From: Candidatus Zhuqueibacterota bacterium
GTDB taxonomy: Bacteria; Zhuqueibacterota; Zhuqueibacteria; Residuimicrobiales; Krinioviventaceae
Direction: 5' to 3'
Assembly: GCA_016929295.1 (NCBI GenBank)
Contig: JAFGJB010000214.1
Span: forward strand, 10,261-74,260
DNA length: 64,000 nucleotides
Program-made: the position numbers and the translations under genes
Shown: piece by piece, positions 48,164-58,256 of the stretch
Position numbering within the stretch: the first letter of the stretch is position 1
How the letters are laid out: the number at the start of each line of letters is the position of its first letter
The notes under the pieces: model-generated
Told to the model about the DNA's origin: nothing
Seen by the model: the letters and a program-made list of their open reading frames with translations, nothing else
The model's database searches: none

Positions 48164-48934
48164 CTAGAGTTGACCAAGATAAGATTGGGCTCGGCTGGCG
48201 TATTCGCTGGAGGGATACTCTCTGAGCAGTTTGTCAAACTCTATCCGTGCTCGTTCGTAATTATTCATCTGCATATAACATAATCCCAGCTTGAGCTGAG
48301 CATCATCGAATTTATTTGAATTTGGAAAACTAAAAACCTTTTGGAATTCCAGGATGGCTTGCCCATAGTTACCGAGACCATAGTAACATTCGCCTTTCCA
48401 GTACTGGCAATTATCTGACAGAGAATTGGTCTCGCCCGATGCCAGGAGTTGATCAAAGGCGACAATGGCTTCGTTATATCGGCGATTGTAATAGAGGCGT
48501 AACGCTTCATCATATCGGCTTTTAAAGGTTGATCCTGTTGCTACAGGATATTGTCGCATTTGATCGATCGTCTGCATTTTGGTTTGAATTTGAGAATCCT
48601 TTTGCTGCAGCTGGGTTTTCAGCTGTTCCAGTTCTCGATCTTTTGCGGTGATCTCGTTTTCGAGCCGCCCTAATTCCTCCTGCAAAACCTGTTGCTCATC
48701 TTTAGGTGCAGATGGCGTTGGCTCGGCTTCGACTGTATCATCTTTTATTCCGAGTAATCGCAGCACTTCGTCTTCATCTGAAGAGGCCGCTTGATCAGCG
48801 CTCATCTCACCTGGGTACGTCTCCTCCTCACCATAGCCAGCTGCCTGGTTTGCCGCGCATGAAACTAGGAGAAAAGTGAAAAGTGCGACAGTGAACAAAA
48901 ATGAATAGATCCAAATCAGGCGTTTCATGTTCAT
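48164..48934 (-). CDS. ybgF: Tol-Pal system-associated periplasmic TPR protein (YbgF/CpoB-like)
   Basis: Signal peptide, an N-terminal coiled coil with Q-rich repeats, and C-terminal TPR repeats (YYNRRYNEAIVAFDQLL...YWKGECYYGLGNYGQAILEFQKV...AQLKLGLCYMQMNNYERARIEF). Confidence 0.65.
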   Translation of the reverse strand: MNMKRLIWIYSFLFTVALFTFLLVSCAANQAAGYGEEETYPGEMSADQAASSDEDEVLRLLGIKDDTVEAEPTPSAPKDEQQVLQEELGRLENEITAKDRELEQLKTQLQQKDSQIQTKMQTIDQMRQYPVATGSTFKSRYDEALRLYYNRRYNEAIVAFDQLLASGETNSLSDNCQYWKGECYYGLGNYGQAILEFQKVFSFPNSNKFDDAQLKLGLCYMQMNNYERARIEFDKLLREYPSSEYASRAQSYLGQL

Positions 48935-48938
48935 TCTC

Positions 48939-50159
48939 CTAATTAATGTTTTGTTCTCTCATGACAATGTAGGTGGCTGCACCCCAGCCGAAGAATGCTA
49001 CAAGTCCCGAAACAATTCGCCAATTTCGTCCGCTGCTTTCGACCTTGACCTGGATGGGACGTTTCGGCAGCCCCGAATATCCAATGCCCTTCAAGTCCGT
49101 GTCAACAGCCACAACACAATATTCAATGCCAGCCGTCGTGACATATGCTCCATTGATGACGGCTTCATAATAGACATCTCCCACATTTTTCAGCGGCGCC
49201 AGTTTCCATTTTTGTGTCCCGGTTGTGCGATAGATGACGGTGGCGGTCCGAAGTGGAACCTCGGAGGTGATGATAGCTGTCAACGGCAAATCACGGCCTT
49301 CTTCAGCCCGAAAAACAGGATAATGGATGACCGTTGGCGCTTTGGTTGGCTTGGGTGGTTTTCCCATGTCCGGCTTGCCGTCATGGTCCCAAAAACCATT
49401 TCGATCTTCGGGGAGATAAGGATCCAGGTCCAATTTCTTTGTCACATTGTCGCGATCCAAATCGAGCGGATCCTTCTGCAGGAAAGAATAATGAATGCCA
49501 GCCCAAATGGAGGTGATGCCATCATTCAGATCGCCTGATTCGCGCTGATCCAGGAGATCTACGCCCGTGTAACGGAAATCAGCGCCAATTGCCAGACCCA
49601 ATCCATTTTCAAAATTGAATTCCAAACCGCCGGATGTTTTGAACAACAAGTCGATTCTTTTTTGTTCTTCTCCGTCTCGGCTGATCGTGGCGCCGGCATA
49701 TTTGGATTCCCAATGAATCCCGCCAAAACCGATGGAGGCGAATGGATTGACCGTATTGCGCGGGAGAAAATTGAATTTAAAGTCGAGTTCAATGGGCATT
49801 GCAGTTGTCTGAAACTCATCTGCAACCGCTTGTCCGCCCGCCGCGAGATATGTTGACGGGATGTACAGGGCTGCCTGATGAAGATCGACGCTCTCTTTCG
49901 TCATGAGACTCGAATAGTTCACTTCGACACCGATGGCAAAATATGAGATCGGTGAATAGGACAACACCAGCGATCCCATGGGATTGAATCGCGGTTGTTT
50001 CCAATCCCCCTCGAGCTTGTTGACGCCTGCTTTCAAGCCGATGGTGAATTTATCGTCGGCCGAATATAAATTGCTTTTCAGTAAAAATTGGCAAAGGAGG
50101 GAGACAACAACAAGGCTGAAAACGGCTCTTCTCAACGTGGCTTCCTTTCTACCAAACAC
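48939..50159 (-). CDS. Outer-membrane beta-barrel protein with a C-terminal extra domain, function unknown
   Basis: Signal peptide. The N-terminal ~200 aa are amphipathic beta-strands with aromatic girdle residues (OmpA-like 8-strand barrel pattern). No OmpA_C peptidoglycan-binding motif was seen. Confidence 0.45.
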   Translation of the reverse strand: MFGRKEATLRRAVFSLVVVSLLCQFLLKSNLYSADDKFTIGLKAGVNKLEGDWKQPRFNPMGSLVLSYSPISYFAIGVEVNYSSLMTKESVDLHQAALYIPSTYLAAGGQAVADEFQTTAMPIELDFKFNFLPRNTVNPFASIGFGGIHWESKYAGATISRDGEEQKRIDLLFKTSGGLEFNFENGLGLAIGADFRYTGVDLLDQRESGDLNDGITSIWAGIHYSFLQKDPLDLDRDNVTKKLDLDPYLPEDRNGFWDHDGKPDMGKPPKPTKAPTVIHYPVFRAEEGRDLPLTAIITSEVPLRTATVIYRTTGTQKWKLAPLKNVGDVYYEAVINGAYVTTAGIEYCVVAVDTDLKGIGYSGLPKRPIQVKVESSGRNWRIVSGLVAFFGWGAATYIVMREQNIN

Positions 50160-50275
50160 TATTTTTCTCGTTTATGCTCAAGATATTAAAGTTGGCATTT
50201 AATGTCAAGTTATTTTTGACTCAAAATTAATGGTTACAATATTTTAGGTCAATTTATAAATGTGCGTTGAGAGGT

Positions 50276-51103
50276 TCAATCTGATGACGTTCTTTTTATT
50301 TTATTATAACCAATTAAAAGTAAAATAATTCCAACCAGAATCAATATCAGGCTGAGGCCCTGATTGAGGCTGATGCCTCTGTCACCCATCGACAGAATGA
50401 CCATGCTGTCTTCGTAGTAACGATAAAAGTCGATGATAAAGCGTGCGACACCGTACAGGATGAGAAAAAGCGCCAGTAGAAAACCGTCAAATTTTTTCCA
50501 TCGCTCTGCCAGCAGCAGCGTGATGAATATGATCAGACCATAGAGTGAAGAATAAAGCTGCGCGGGTATGAGCGGGACATCAGGGAACTGACTGCCTGCG
50601 GCGCTGTTGAACGGAAAAGTGACGCACAAGTGTCCCTGTCCTTCACAGGGTAATCCGTAACAGCAGCCATTTAAAAAACAGCCGATTCTCGTCAGAAAAA
50701 TGCCCAATCCCACTGCCGGCATCATGACATCGGCAAATTTGTAAAACGGCAGCTTTTTGGCTCTGAGGTAGATGATGGAGCTGATGAAACAGAGGATGAT
50801 GCCGCCCAGCACCGTCAAACCCGCTATGCCGATCTGACCATCACTTTGGAAAGGGTTTATGGTGTCAAGCCAGTGACCGCGGAACTCTTCTAAATGAAAG
50901 AGGACGTAAAGCAGACGTGAGCCGACAATAGCGCTGATGATCAAAACCACGGACAGATCCATAATCTGGTTGGGATCGATGCCGCGCGATTTTGCCCGCT
51001 TGGCGGACAGGTAGATTCCGATCAGGAAAGAGAGAGCCAGCATCAAACCATAGGCGCGAATTTCCAGGGCGCCAATTCTGAACAATACAGGATACACAAG
51101 CAC
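50276..51103 (-). CDS. lgt: Prolipoprotein diacylglyceryl transferase
   Basis: The N-terminal FRIGALEIRAYGLMLALSFLIGIYL and the Lgt signature region GCFLNGCCYG. Confidence 0.85.
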   Translation of the reverse strand: MLVYPVLFRIGALEIRAYGLMLALSFLIGIYLSAKRAKSRGIDPNQIMDLSVVLIISAIVGSRLLYVLFHLEEFRGHWLDTINPFQSDGQIGIAGLTVLGGIILCFISSIIYLRAKKLPFYKFADVMMPAVGLGIFLTRIGCFLNGCCYGLPCEGQGHLCVTFPFNSAAGSQFPDVPLIPAQLYSSLYGLIIFITLLLAERWKKFDGFLLALFLILYGVARFIIDFYRYYEDSMVILSMGDRGISLNQGLSLILILVGIILLLIGYNKIKRTSSD

Positions 51104-51107
51104 CTCC

Positions 51108-51890
51108 TCAGCTTAGAGATTTACGATTTCCTGGTGGTAAAGTCGGGGCATACGGAATCCCTTTTTCGCCATCCCATATGTACAAACCTGGCACGCCGTC
51201 TTCGACAACGGCATAGGTGAAATCCAGTCCCCAAAAACCGGGATTTACATAATGGCCTTTTTTATACGGATCGAGCGCCGCCCAGTGGGTGTGCCCGAGC
51301 ACGACCATATCGTAGCCGCTATCAATTTTCCCATACGCGTAATCTCGATAATCGTCGTCCCTGTATGTATCGCGTTTTCTCTCGCCGGCATCGCGGCTGA
51401 GACGTGAGAAAAAGAGCGCCAGCGGAATGCCAAAATCAGGGTGCAAAAGTCGATAGAGTAAAATATTCACTTTATTTCGCAGCACTTTTTTTAAACATCG
51501 ATAGCCATGGTCATTTTTTAAAAGGCCGTCACCGTGGGTGATGTATATACGCCGCCCGCCATTTTCAAGGACCAGATCGTGCTCATGAATAGTCAAGCCA
51601 ATCTCGTGGCTCATGAATGAATCGAACCAAAAATCATGGTTGCCGGCCGTATAATGAACTTTTTTATGAGCGCTCAGCAGCGATAGCAGTCCTAAGACGC
51701 GTAAATGTCGCCTGGGGACAACATATCTATACTCAAACCAAAAATCATACAAATCGCCGACGATGACGAGTTCAGCGTCCTCTTTTTCAACCATCCGGCA
51801 AAAGGAGACGAGTCGTTGCTCTTTGCGCTTTTCCAGCTCTTCCGAATGCGCGCCCAGGTGGGCGTCGGAAAAAAAATAGATCTTCGGCAT
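51108..51890 (-). CDS. Calcineurin-like metallophosphoesterase, LpxH-like (UDP-2,3-diacylglucosamine diphosphatase candidate)
   Basis: IYFFSDAHLG...VIVGDLYDFWFEY and GNHDFW motifs. I take the start at MPKIYFF. Confidence 0.6.
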   Translation of the reverse strand: MPKIYFFSDAHLGAHSEELEKRKEQRLVSFCRMVEKEDAELVIVGDLYDFWFEYRYVVPRRHLRVLGLLSLLSAHKKVHYTAGNHDFWFDSFMSHEIGLTIHEHDLVLENGGRRIYITHGDGLLKNDHGYRCLKKVLRNKVNILLYRLLHPDFGIPLALFFSRLSRDAGERKRDTYRDDDYRDYAYGKIDSGYDMVVLGHTHWAALDPYKKGHYVNPGFWGLDFTYAVVEDGVPGLYIWDGEKGIPYAPTLPPGNRKSLS

Positions 51891-52051
51891 AAAGTTCTTT
51901 TCTCGCAAACAAACTTTGCTAAATTAATGATAAAGCTGCTGAAAAGCAAGACGCAGGTTGGCGAATTGGCATGCGACACAAAATAAGTGTTGCGTGTCGG
52001 CGCCACCGGGTCGCCCCTGCATCAGCCTCCTGCAAGAACGCGAGAGTTGTC

Positions 52052-52900
52052 ATGGAATTTAAATCTTTCGCCAAAATAAATATAGGACTGCGGATTATTG
52101 GCAAGCGCAGCGATGGCTTTCACAATATCGAGACTCTTTTCCAGCAAATTGACGTTCACGATGTTTTGGATATTGAGCCAACGCGCGATGGTCAGATCCA
52201 GCTGAAGACGAACCGGGGCGATTGTCCCGCCGATTCCAGCAACCTGGCGTATCGTGCCGCAGAACGACTCAAATCACTGGTCGGCGACGCATCGTTGGGT
52301 TGTCGGATGAGCTTGTCAAAAAACATACCGATTGGCGCCGGCCTCGGCGGTGGCAGCAGCAATGCGGCAGTGACACTCACGGCGCTCAACAGATTGTGGC
52401 GCTGCGCGCTCTCAGGACAAGAACTATCGGCGTGCGCCGCCGGACTCGGATCGGATGTGCCGTTTTTCCTGCGCAGCGGCCTGGCGCTTGGCACGGGCAA
52501 GGGCGATATCCTCACAGCCGTGCCCGAAAAACTCGACTTTTTTGGTCTGCTGGTCTATCCGCATGTTCATATTTCAACCGCATGGGTTTACAGTCAATTT
52601 AATTTAAGCTTGACAAAAAAGAAGAAAATGGTTAAATTAATCGACTTTATTGCAAAGATTTCTGAACAGCATCTTTGGAAAAAAGAGCTGGAAAATGACC
52701 TGACAGAGGTCGTTTTCGCCAGGTATCCGGAATTCAGAGATATTCCTGAAAAATTGTACCAGGCTGGCGCTTTTTACGCACAGATGTCCGGCAGCGGTTC
52801 AGCGTTCTTCGGACTGTTCGCTGCGCACTCTCAGGCAGAGCGGGCGGAGCAGTTTTTCAGGAGCAGGTATCAGACGATACATTTCAAGCCCATCAACTAA
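52052..52900 (+). CDS. ispE: 4-diphosphocytidyl-2-C-methyl-D-erythritol kinase
   Basis: AKINIGLRIIGKRSDGFH and PIGAGLGGGSSNAAVTLTALN GHMP kinase motifs. I take the start at ATG 52052. Confidence 0.85.
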   Translation: MEFKSFAKINIGLRIIGKRSDGFHNIETLFQQIDVHDVLDIEPTRDGQIQLKTNRGDCPADSSNLAYRAAERLKSLVGDASLGCRMSLSKNIPIGAGLGGGSSNAAVTLTALNRLWRCALSGQELSACAAGLGSDVPFFLRSGLALGTGKGDILTAVPEKLDFFGLLVYPHVHISTAWVYSQFNLSLTKKKKMVKLIDFIAKISEQHLWKKELENDLTEVVFARYPEFRDIPEKLYQAGAFYAQMSGSGSAFFGLFAAHSQAERAEQFFRSRYQTIHFKPIN

Positions 52901-52903
52901 CAA

Positions 52904-52975
52904 TGGGGCGTCGGCAAGCGGCAAGCCACTGGGTTTTGGTTCCAGTATTCGGAGGTTCGAATCCTCCCGCCCCAG
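52904..52975 (+). tRNA. tRNA-Gln (anticodon UUG), CCA not encoded
   Basis: TGGGGCG/CGCCCCA acceptor stem, D-arm TCGGCAAGCGGCAAGCC, anticodon stem-loop CTGGG-TTTTGGT-TCCAG, and T-arm GGAGGTTCGAATCCTCC. Nearly collinear with E. coli tRNA-Gln. Confidence 0.8.
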
Positions 52976-52981
52976 CAGTCG

Positions 52982-53019
52982 AAAATGACGAAAGTCAATA
53001 TGACTTTCGTCATTTTTTT
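52982..53019 (+). terminator. Rho-independent terminator (perfect 16-bp stem, 3-nt loop, T-run)
   Basis: AAAATGACGAAAGTCA-ATA-TGACTTTCGTCATTTT, then TTTC. Confidence 0.7.
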
Positions 53020-53051
53020 CGTCGGATAATGTTACGGAAAAGCAACTTGCC

Positions 53052-54020
53052 ATGAACACACCGCGTAACGGTGAAGCGAAAATCTTCTCCGGCCGTTCAA
53101 ATCCCGGCCTGGCACGAAACATCGCAGAATGTCTGCACAAGCCTCTCGGCACTGTTACGACGAAGAACTTTTCCGATGGTGAAATCTGGGTCAAGTATGA
53201 GGAGAATATCAGAGGTACGGACGTTTTCATCGTCCAGTCGACGAATTCGCCGGCAGATAATTTGATGGAGCTGCTCATCATGCTGGATGCCGCCCGGCGA
53301 TCGTCGGCGCATCGCATAACAGCCGTCATTCCCTATTTCGGCTATGCGCGGCAAGACCGCAAAGATCAGCCGCGAGTCTCCATCACCGCCAAAATGATCG
53401 CTAACCTCATTGTCCATGCCGGGGCGGATCGCGTGCTCACGCTGGACTTGCACGCGCCGCAAATTCAAGGATTTTTCGATATACCGCTTGATCATTTATA
53501 CGGCGCCACTATTTTTATCAAGCATATCATCAATATGCATCTACAAGATCTCGTGGTTGTCTCGCCGGACATCGGCGGAGTTCATCTCGCACGATCATAT
53601 GCGACGCGCTTGAGCACAGATTTGGCGCTGTTGAACAAAAGACGCGTTCAGCATAATGTCTGCACGGTCACCGAAATCATCGGCGATGTCGATGGTAAAA
53701 ATGTTCTCATCGTTGACGATCTCGTCGATACAGGCGGAACACTGCTCAAAGGAGTCGAGGTCCTCAAAGAGAAGGGCGCGAAAGACATCTTTGTCGCATG
53801 CACCCACGCAGTTCTTTCCGGCGATGCGGCTGAACGGATCGAGTCTTCGCCGATCACGCAGATTTTTTTGACGGATTCGATTCAGTTGTCGCCCGCACGC
53901 ATCACGACGAAAATGCAAATTCTGAGTCTGGCATCGCTTTTTGCTGACTCGATCACTCGTATTCACAATGAAATATCCATTTCTGATCTGTTTCCGCAGA
54001 AGAGCGGACCAATGCACTAA
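53052..54020 (+). CDS. prs: Ribose-phosphate pyrophosphokinase
   Basis: KIFSGRSNPGLARNIAECL...FSDGEIWVKYEENIRGTDVFIVQST and the PRPP-binding loop VLIVDDLVDTGGTL. Confidence 0.9.
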   Translation: MNTPRNGEAKIFSGRSNPGLARNIAECLHKPLGTVTTKNFSDGEIWVKYEENIRGTDVFIVQSTNSPADNLMELLIMLDAARRSSAHRITAVIPYFGYARQDRKDQPRVSITAKMIANLIVHAGADRVLTLDLHAPQIQGFFDIPLDHLYGATIFIKHIINMHLQDLVVVSPDIGGVHLARSYATRLSTDLALLNKRRVQHNVCTVTEIIGDVDGKNVLIVDDLVDTGGTLLKGVEVLKEKGAKDIFVACTHAVLSGDAAERIESSPITQIFLTDSIQLSPARITTKMQILSLASLFADSITRIHNEISISDLFPQKSGPMH

Positions 54021-54043
54021 GCACATAACTTTGGAGATATAAC

Positions 54044-54682
54044 ATGTCGGACATCACATTAAATGTCGAGACACGCGCAGCAACCGGCACTCAGGCGGCA
54101 AAAAAACTGCGTTACCAGAATAAAATTCCCGGCATATATTATTTTCATGGCAGCAAAAATATTCCTTTCGTTGTCGAGCGCACCGAATTGCGTTCGATTT
54201 GGGGCCATGAATCAGGTTTGATCGAGATCGTTCTGGATGGAAAAGAGCGCAAAAAATGCATCGTTCGCGAAATCCAGTTCGATCCGGTCAAGGGGCATCC
54301 CATTCACATCGATTTTCTGGGAATCAAAATGGATGAAAAAATCACCGTTCACGCGCCCATCACTCTCGTCGGCACCTCGACTGGCGTCAAGAACAACGGT
54401 GGCATCCTGCAGCACGTATTGCGCGAAATCGAAATCGAATGTCTGCCATCGGATATTCCGGAAAGCATTGAGATCGATGTCACGCCGCTCGAAATTGGCG
54501 ACAGCCTTTCGGTCTCTGATCTCGTAAGTGAGAATTATACCATCTTAACGGACCCTTCAACTGTGCTCGTCACCGTGAGTGCGCCACGCGTCATTGAAGT
54601 TGAAGCTGAAGAAAAAGCTGAAGAAGGCGTCGAGCCGGAAGTTATCTCACAGAAAGCAACAGAGCCCAAACAGGAGAGCTGA
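54044..54682 (+). CDS. rplY: 50S ribosomal protein L25 / general stress protein Ctc
   Basis: The L25/Ctc N-terminal domain pattern and its position upstream of pth. Confidence 0.85.
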   Translation: MSDITLNVETRAATGTQAAKKLRYQNKIPGIYYFHGSKNIPFVVERTELRSIWGHESGLIEIVLDGKERKKCIVREIQFDPVKGHPIHIDFLGIKMDEKITVHAPITLVGTSTGVKNNGGILQHVLREIEIECLPSDIPESIEIDVTPLEIGDSLSVSDLVSENYTILTDPSTVLVTVSAPRVIEVEAEEKAEEGVEPEVISQKATEPKQES

Positions 54683-54693
54683 TATCATTCAAT

Positions 54694-55281
54694 ATGTCCG
54701 AAAAATATATGATAGTGGGTCTTGGAAATCCGGGATCAGAGTACGAAAGGACGCGTCATAATATCGGTTACATGGTTGTTGATCGTATCGCTCAAGAATT
54801 CAATGCTCAATTCAGAAAAGGTCGTGGCGCCTATCATCATGCGACGACTGTCATTGAGGGCTGCAAGACGATCCTGGCAAAACCGCTCACCTATATGAAC
54901 AGGAGCGGGCTTGCTGTCGCGCAACTTTTAAATTATTACGATATCGATCTGTCGCAGTTATTGATCATTTTTGATGAAGTTGATTTACCGTTCGGACGCG
55001 TGCGCGTTCGCAAACAGGGCGGCTCCGGCGGCCACCACGGCATCAACTCCGTTATACAACATGTGAATTCACATGAATTTGCTCGTTTGCGCATCGGCAT
55101 CGGGACTGAATACGCAAAGAAGGACATGATCAAATTTGTCTTGTCCGACTTTACCAGAAATGAGCAACAAGAACTGGAAGCGATCATCGCACTGTCCGTC
55201 CGCGTTGTCAGCAGTTTCATACGCGACGGCATTGACAGGACGATGAATGCCTTCAATCAAACATCATCCGAATCGCAATGA
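54694..55281 (+). CDS. pth: Peptidyl-tRNA hydrolase
   Basis: MIVGLGNPGSEYERTRHNIGYMVVD. Confidence 0.9.
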   Translation: MSEKYMIVGLGNPGSEYERTRHNIGYMVVDRIAQEFNAQFRKGRGAYHHATTVIEGCKTILAKPLTYMNRSGLAVAQLLNYYDIDLSQLLIIFDEVDLPFGRVRVRKQGGSGGHHGINSVIQHVNSHEFARLRIGIGTEYAKKDMIKFVLSDFTRNEQQELEAIIALSVRVVSSFIRDGIDRTMNAFNQTSSESQ

Positions 55282-55432
55282 AGGTGATGATCTCGTTCTT
55301 GTGCCCTTTTTCTTGCTGGCTGCTATTTCTGCAAATCCCATTCATCCTGCCGATAGGCATGCGCCTGACATTTAGACGTTGATAAATTTGTTATTTTCAT
55401 GTAACTTTGGCCAATGAAAAAAGGAGGACATT

Positions 55433-55951
55433 TTGCGAAAGTATGAGACCATTTTCATCATCGATTCACTGTTGAAAAGTGAAGAGATTGACAACATCAT
55501 CAACAAATATGAGCGTTTTCTCTCGGCAAATGGCGGCCAGATCGAAACGATCGAGCGATGGGGCAAAAAGCGGCTGGCATATGAAATTAAAAAACGCCAA
55601 TATGGCTATTACGTCGCCATCCATTTTGACGGTCCGCCGACTATGATCAAAGCGTTGGAGCGAGAATATCGACTGAACGAATCGTTGCTGCGCTTCAAAA
55701 CCCTGGCCATGCCCAAGCGCGCTGCCCAAGCCGTGGTCACAAAAGCGCCAATCAACGCACAAAAAGCACAGGCTCCTGTTGAAGACAAGGCAACGGCGAA
55801 TGAGCCCGCCACAGCGCCGGCGGTCGAGGAGGATACAGCGTCAGAGCAGCAGATTGAGAGCGAAGCGGTTGAAGCCACAGCCGAGAAAGAGGTGGAGGAG
55901 GCGACGCCGGAGGCAGCAGCAGATCAAGAGAGCGTTGATAAAAACGAATAG
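55433..55951 (+). CDS. rpsF: 30S ribosomal protein S6 with a long acidic/Ala-rich C-terminal extension
   Basis: TTG start preceded by AAGGAGGA. MRKYETIFIIDSLL...WGKKRLAYEIKKRQYGYYV. Confidence 0.9.
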   Translation: MRKYETIFIIDSLLKSEEIDNIINKYERFLSANGGQIETIERWGKKRLAYEIKKRQYGYYVAIHFDGPPTMIKALEREYRLNESLLRFKTLAMPKRAAQAVVTKAPINAQKAQAPVEDKATANEPATAPAVEEDTASEQQIESEAVEATAEKEVEEATPEAAADQESVDKNE

Positions 55952-56004
55952 CGAGCGTTCATAAACGGATTGCACCTTAACATCTGGCCGATAGGAGTCC
56001 GACG

Positions 56005-56463
56005 ATGGCAGATCTAAAAATGCCGGATATAAACAATGTGCTGATTGCCGGCAATGTCAGCCATGAGCCGACACTGCGGAGAACATCAAGTGGTACGCCG
56101 GTAGCAAATTTTTATATCAGCTCTAATCGAAAATATCGAGACAACTCGGGTATTTGGCGAGAGAACGTCTGTCATGTGGGGATTGTCGCCTGGCACAAAC
56201 TGGCGGAAACCTGCATCACAACTTTGAAGGTTGGCAGCTCTGTACTCGTCGACGGTGAGCTGCAAAGCCGAAGCTGGAAAAATGACGATGGCTCAACTCG
56301 AAGTGTCGTGGAAATTCGGGCGCGTCGGATCCAGTTCCTCGAGCCCAGCGTGACCCATGACGTTGAAGAGCTCACCGCTGACAGAGCCGAGCCAAAGATG
56401 GATGCACTGCAACATATTGAGCCGACTGAATATGATTTCGGCTATCAAAACCTGAAAATTTAA
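56005..56463 (+). CDS. ssb: Single-stranded DNA-binding protein (OB fold) with an atypical C-terminus
   Basis: OB-fold pattern [33 protein letters not shown]...[11 protein letters not shown]...[15 protein letters not shown]. It sits in the rpsF-ssb-rpsR position. Confidence 0.7.
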   Translation: MADLKMPDINNVLIAGNVSHEPTLRRTSSGTPVANFYISSNRKYRDNSGIWRENVCHVGIVAWHKLAETCITTLKVGSSVLVDGELQSRSWKNDDGSTRSVVEIRARRIQFLEPSVTHDVEELTADRAEPKMDALQHIEPTEYDFGYQNLKI

Positions 56464-56482
56464 CCGGAGAGAAAGGACACCT

Positions 56483-56704
56483 ATGCTGAAGAAGAAAAGA
56501 ATATGTCGTTTTTGCGAAGAGAAAATCGACTATATTGATTTCAAGGATGATAAACGACTGAGCCGTTTCACCACCGAACAGGGCAAGATTATACCTCGCC
56601 GGACGAGCGGAACGTGCGCTAAACACCAACGTCAGCTCGTCAAATCGATAAAAATCGCTCGTGAACTGGCGCTGATTCCCTATATTTCTGACTTGGCCAA
56701 GTAA
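56483..56704 (+). CDS. rpsR: 30S ribosomal protein S18
   Basis: [17 protein letters not shown]...[23 protein letters not shown]. Confidence 0.9.
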   Translation: MLKKKRICRFCEEKIDYIDFKDDKRLSRFTTEQGKIIPRRTSGTCAKHQRQLVKSIKIARELALIPYISDLAK

Positions 56705-56726
56705 CCATAGAATAGGAAAGCTGCGA

Positions 56727-57170
56727 ATGAAAATAATATTAAAAAAAGACATGGAGAAACTCGGAAAAGCGGGAGAAATTGTCGAGACGACAACCGGATA
56801 TGCGAGAAACTATCTGATACCAAAAGGCTTTGCCGTTGCCGCCTCCGCAGCCAATATGAAAATATATGAACAAGAGCGGCTAGCAGAACAACGCAAAACG
56901 CAAAAAGAGATTCAGGAGGCCGAAGCGGTCGCCGCTCAGCTCGACAAGATTTCTATCACCGCAAACGTTCAGGTCGGAGAAGAGGACAGGGTTTTTGGCG
57001 CAGTCACAAACCAGCATATTGCAGACCTGCTGAAAGAAAAGGGGTTTGATATTGATCGTAAAAAAATCATTCTCGAGGAACCTTTAAAAGCCCTTGGCAT
57101 TTTCGAAGTTCCAATCAAGCTCCACAGCGAGGTCGAAGCCCGGATTAAAGTCTGGATCGTGAGAGAATAG
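56727..57170 (+). CDS. rplI: 50S ribosomal protein L9
   Basis: MKIILKKDMEKLGKAGEIVETTTGYARNYLIPKGFA. Confidence 0.9.
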   Translation: MKIILKKDMEKLGKAGEIVETTTGYARNYLIPKGFAVAASAANMKIYEQERLAEQRKTQKEIQEAEAVAAQLDKISITANVQVGEEDRVFGAVTNQHIADLLKEKGFDIDRKKIILEEPLKALGIFEVPIKLHSEVEARIKVWIVRE

Positions 57171-57196
57171 GGCGCCAGACGCCAGGCGAAAACACC

Positions 57197-57910
57197 ATGT
57201 TCTTCTGGAGCCTATTATTAGCCCATGTGATTGGCGATTTCCCTTTGCAGACAGATGCCATTTTTCGTCTAAAAACGAAATACTCCTGGGGTGTGCTGCC
57301 GCATGTCTTCATTTGCTCAATCATGAACACCCTGGTGCTCATCCCATTCTTGAACAATTTCAGGACATGGGTGGCCATCTTATTGCTGGCGATCATTCAT
57401 ATTATTTTGGATCGGACAAAATTAAGCGTCGCGGAAAAAATTTCGCGAGACAATTTCCTGCAATTTTTTGTCGATCAGGCATTGCATGTTTTTTCTGTGT
57501 GGCTCGTCGCTTTATGGTTGACCAAAGTGGTGGATCGAAGCGACTATGCGGTCACCGGCATTCTGGCCAATAAAGAACTCATCATCCAACTGACCGCGTA
57601 CATTTTCGCCGCCTTTGCCGGAGCGCCCATCATCTTTTATGCGCGCAAATTTTGGACTAAATCCAAACAAAATGAAGCATCACTTTTATACCCGAATTTC
57701 CTGCAACGAGTACCGGGATATTTTGAGCGATTCCTGGCGACATTGGGAGTCGTATGGGGAGGTTGGTGGCTCATGTTGACGATTGGCGCATTTCTTCCGC
57801 GCATCATGGTCAAATGGACAGATGCGGATCGCTCGATGATGGGCGTGAGCGCTGCTGTCGGTTTTTTTCTCAGCCTGATCTGCGGCGTCGTCGTTCATCT
57901 TTTGCTATAA
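57197..57910 (+). CDS. Integral membrane protein (DUF3307-like)
   Basis: Multi-TM. The N-terminal LLAHVIGDFPLQTD motif is characteristic of the DUF3307 family. Confidence 0.5.
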   Translation: MFFWSLLLAHVIGDFPLQTDAIFRLKTKYSWGVLPHVFICSIMNTLVLIPFLNNFRTWVAILLLAIIHIILDRTKLSVAEKISRDNFLQFFVDQALHVFSVWLVALWLTKVVDRSDYAVTGILANKELIIQLTAYIFAAFAGAPIIFYARKFWTKSKQNEASLLYPNFLQRVPGYFERFLATLGVVWGGWWLMLTIGAFLPRIMVKWTDADRSMMGVSAAVGFFLSLICGVVVHLLL

Positions 57911-58006
57911 ATCAAAAAATTGATTGACTTTCAGATAATTAACCCGTAGTTTTAATGTTGAAATTAAACTTACAACCACCGGATATCAAAAGACCAGGAA
58001 AGACTC

Positions 58007-58198
58007 ATGGAAAACTCGTATCCAGCATGCCTGAAATGCAATATTGGAGTGCTCATTCCACTTTCAGATTACGGACGAGAGGGCTCATCCCTTCGTTATA
58101 AAGCATGGGTGTGCACCAATCCCGAATGCGGATTCAGCATTCGTATTGACAATGGTGAAATCAGTCGAGGCAACGAGATTCGAATGACGACGAAATGA
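58007..58198 (+). CDS. Small zinc-ribbon protein
   Basis: CLKC...CTNPECGF two CxxC pairs. 63 aa. Confidence 0.4.
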   Translation: MENSYPACLKCNIGVLIPLSDYGREGSSLRYKAWVCTNPECGFSIRIDNGEISRGNEIRMTTK

Positions 58199-58256
58199 AA
58201 AATCGACAGGGGATCTCTCACACTTGCATTCAGTACCACTGACTTGAATATGTTGT

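Noticed and set aside
51909-52051. Possible sigma-54 promoter upstream of ispE (TTGGCGAATTGGCATGC)
   Set aside because: A TGGC element is present but no correctly spaced TTGC -12 element. It does not fit the consensus.
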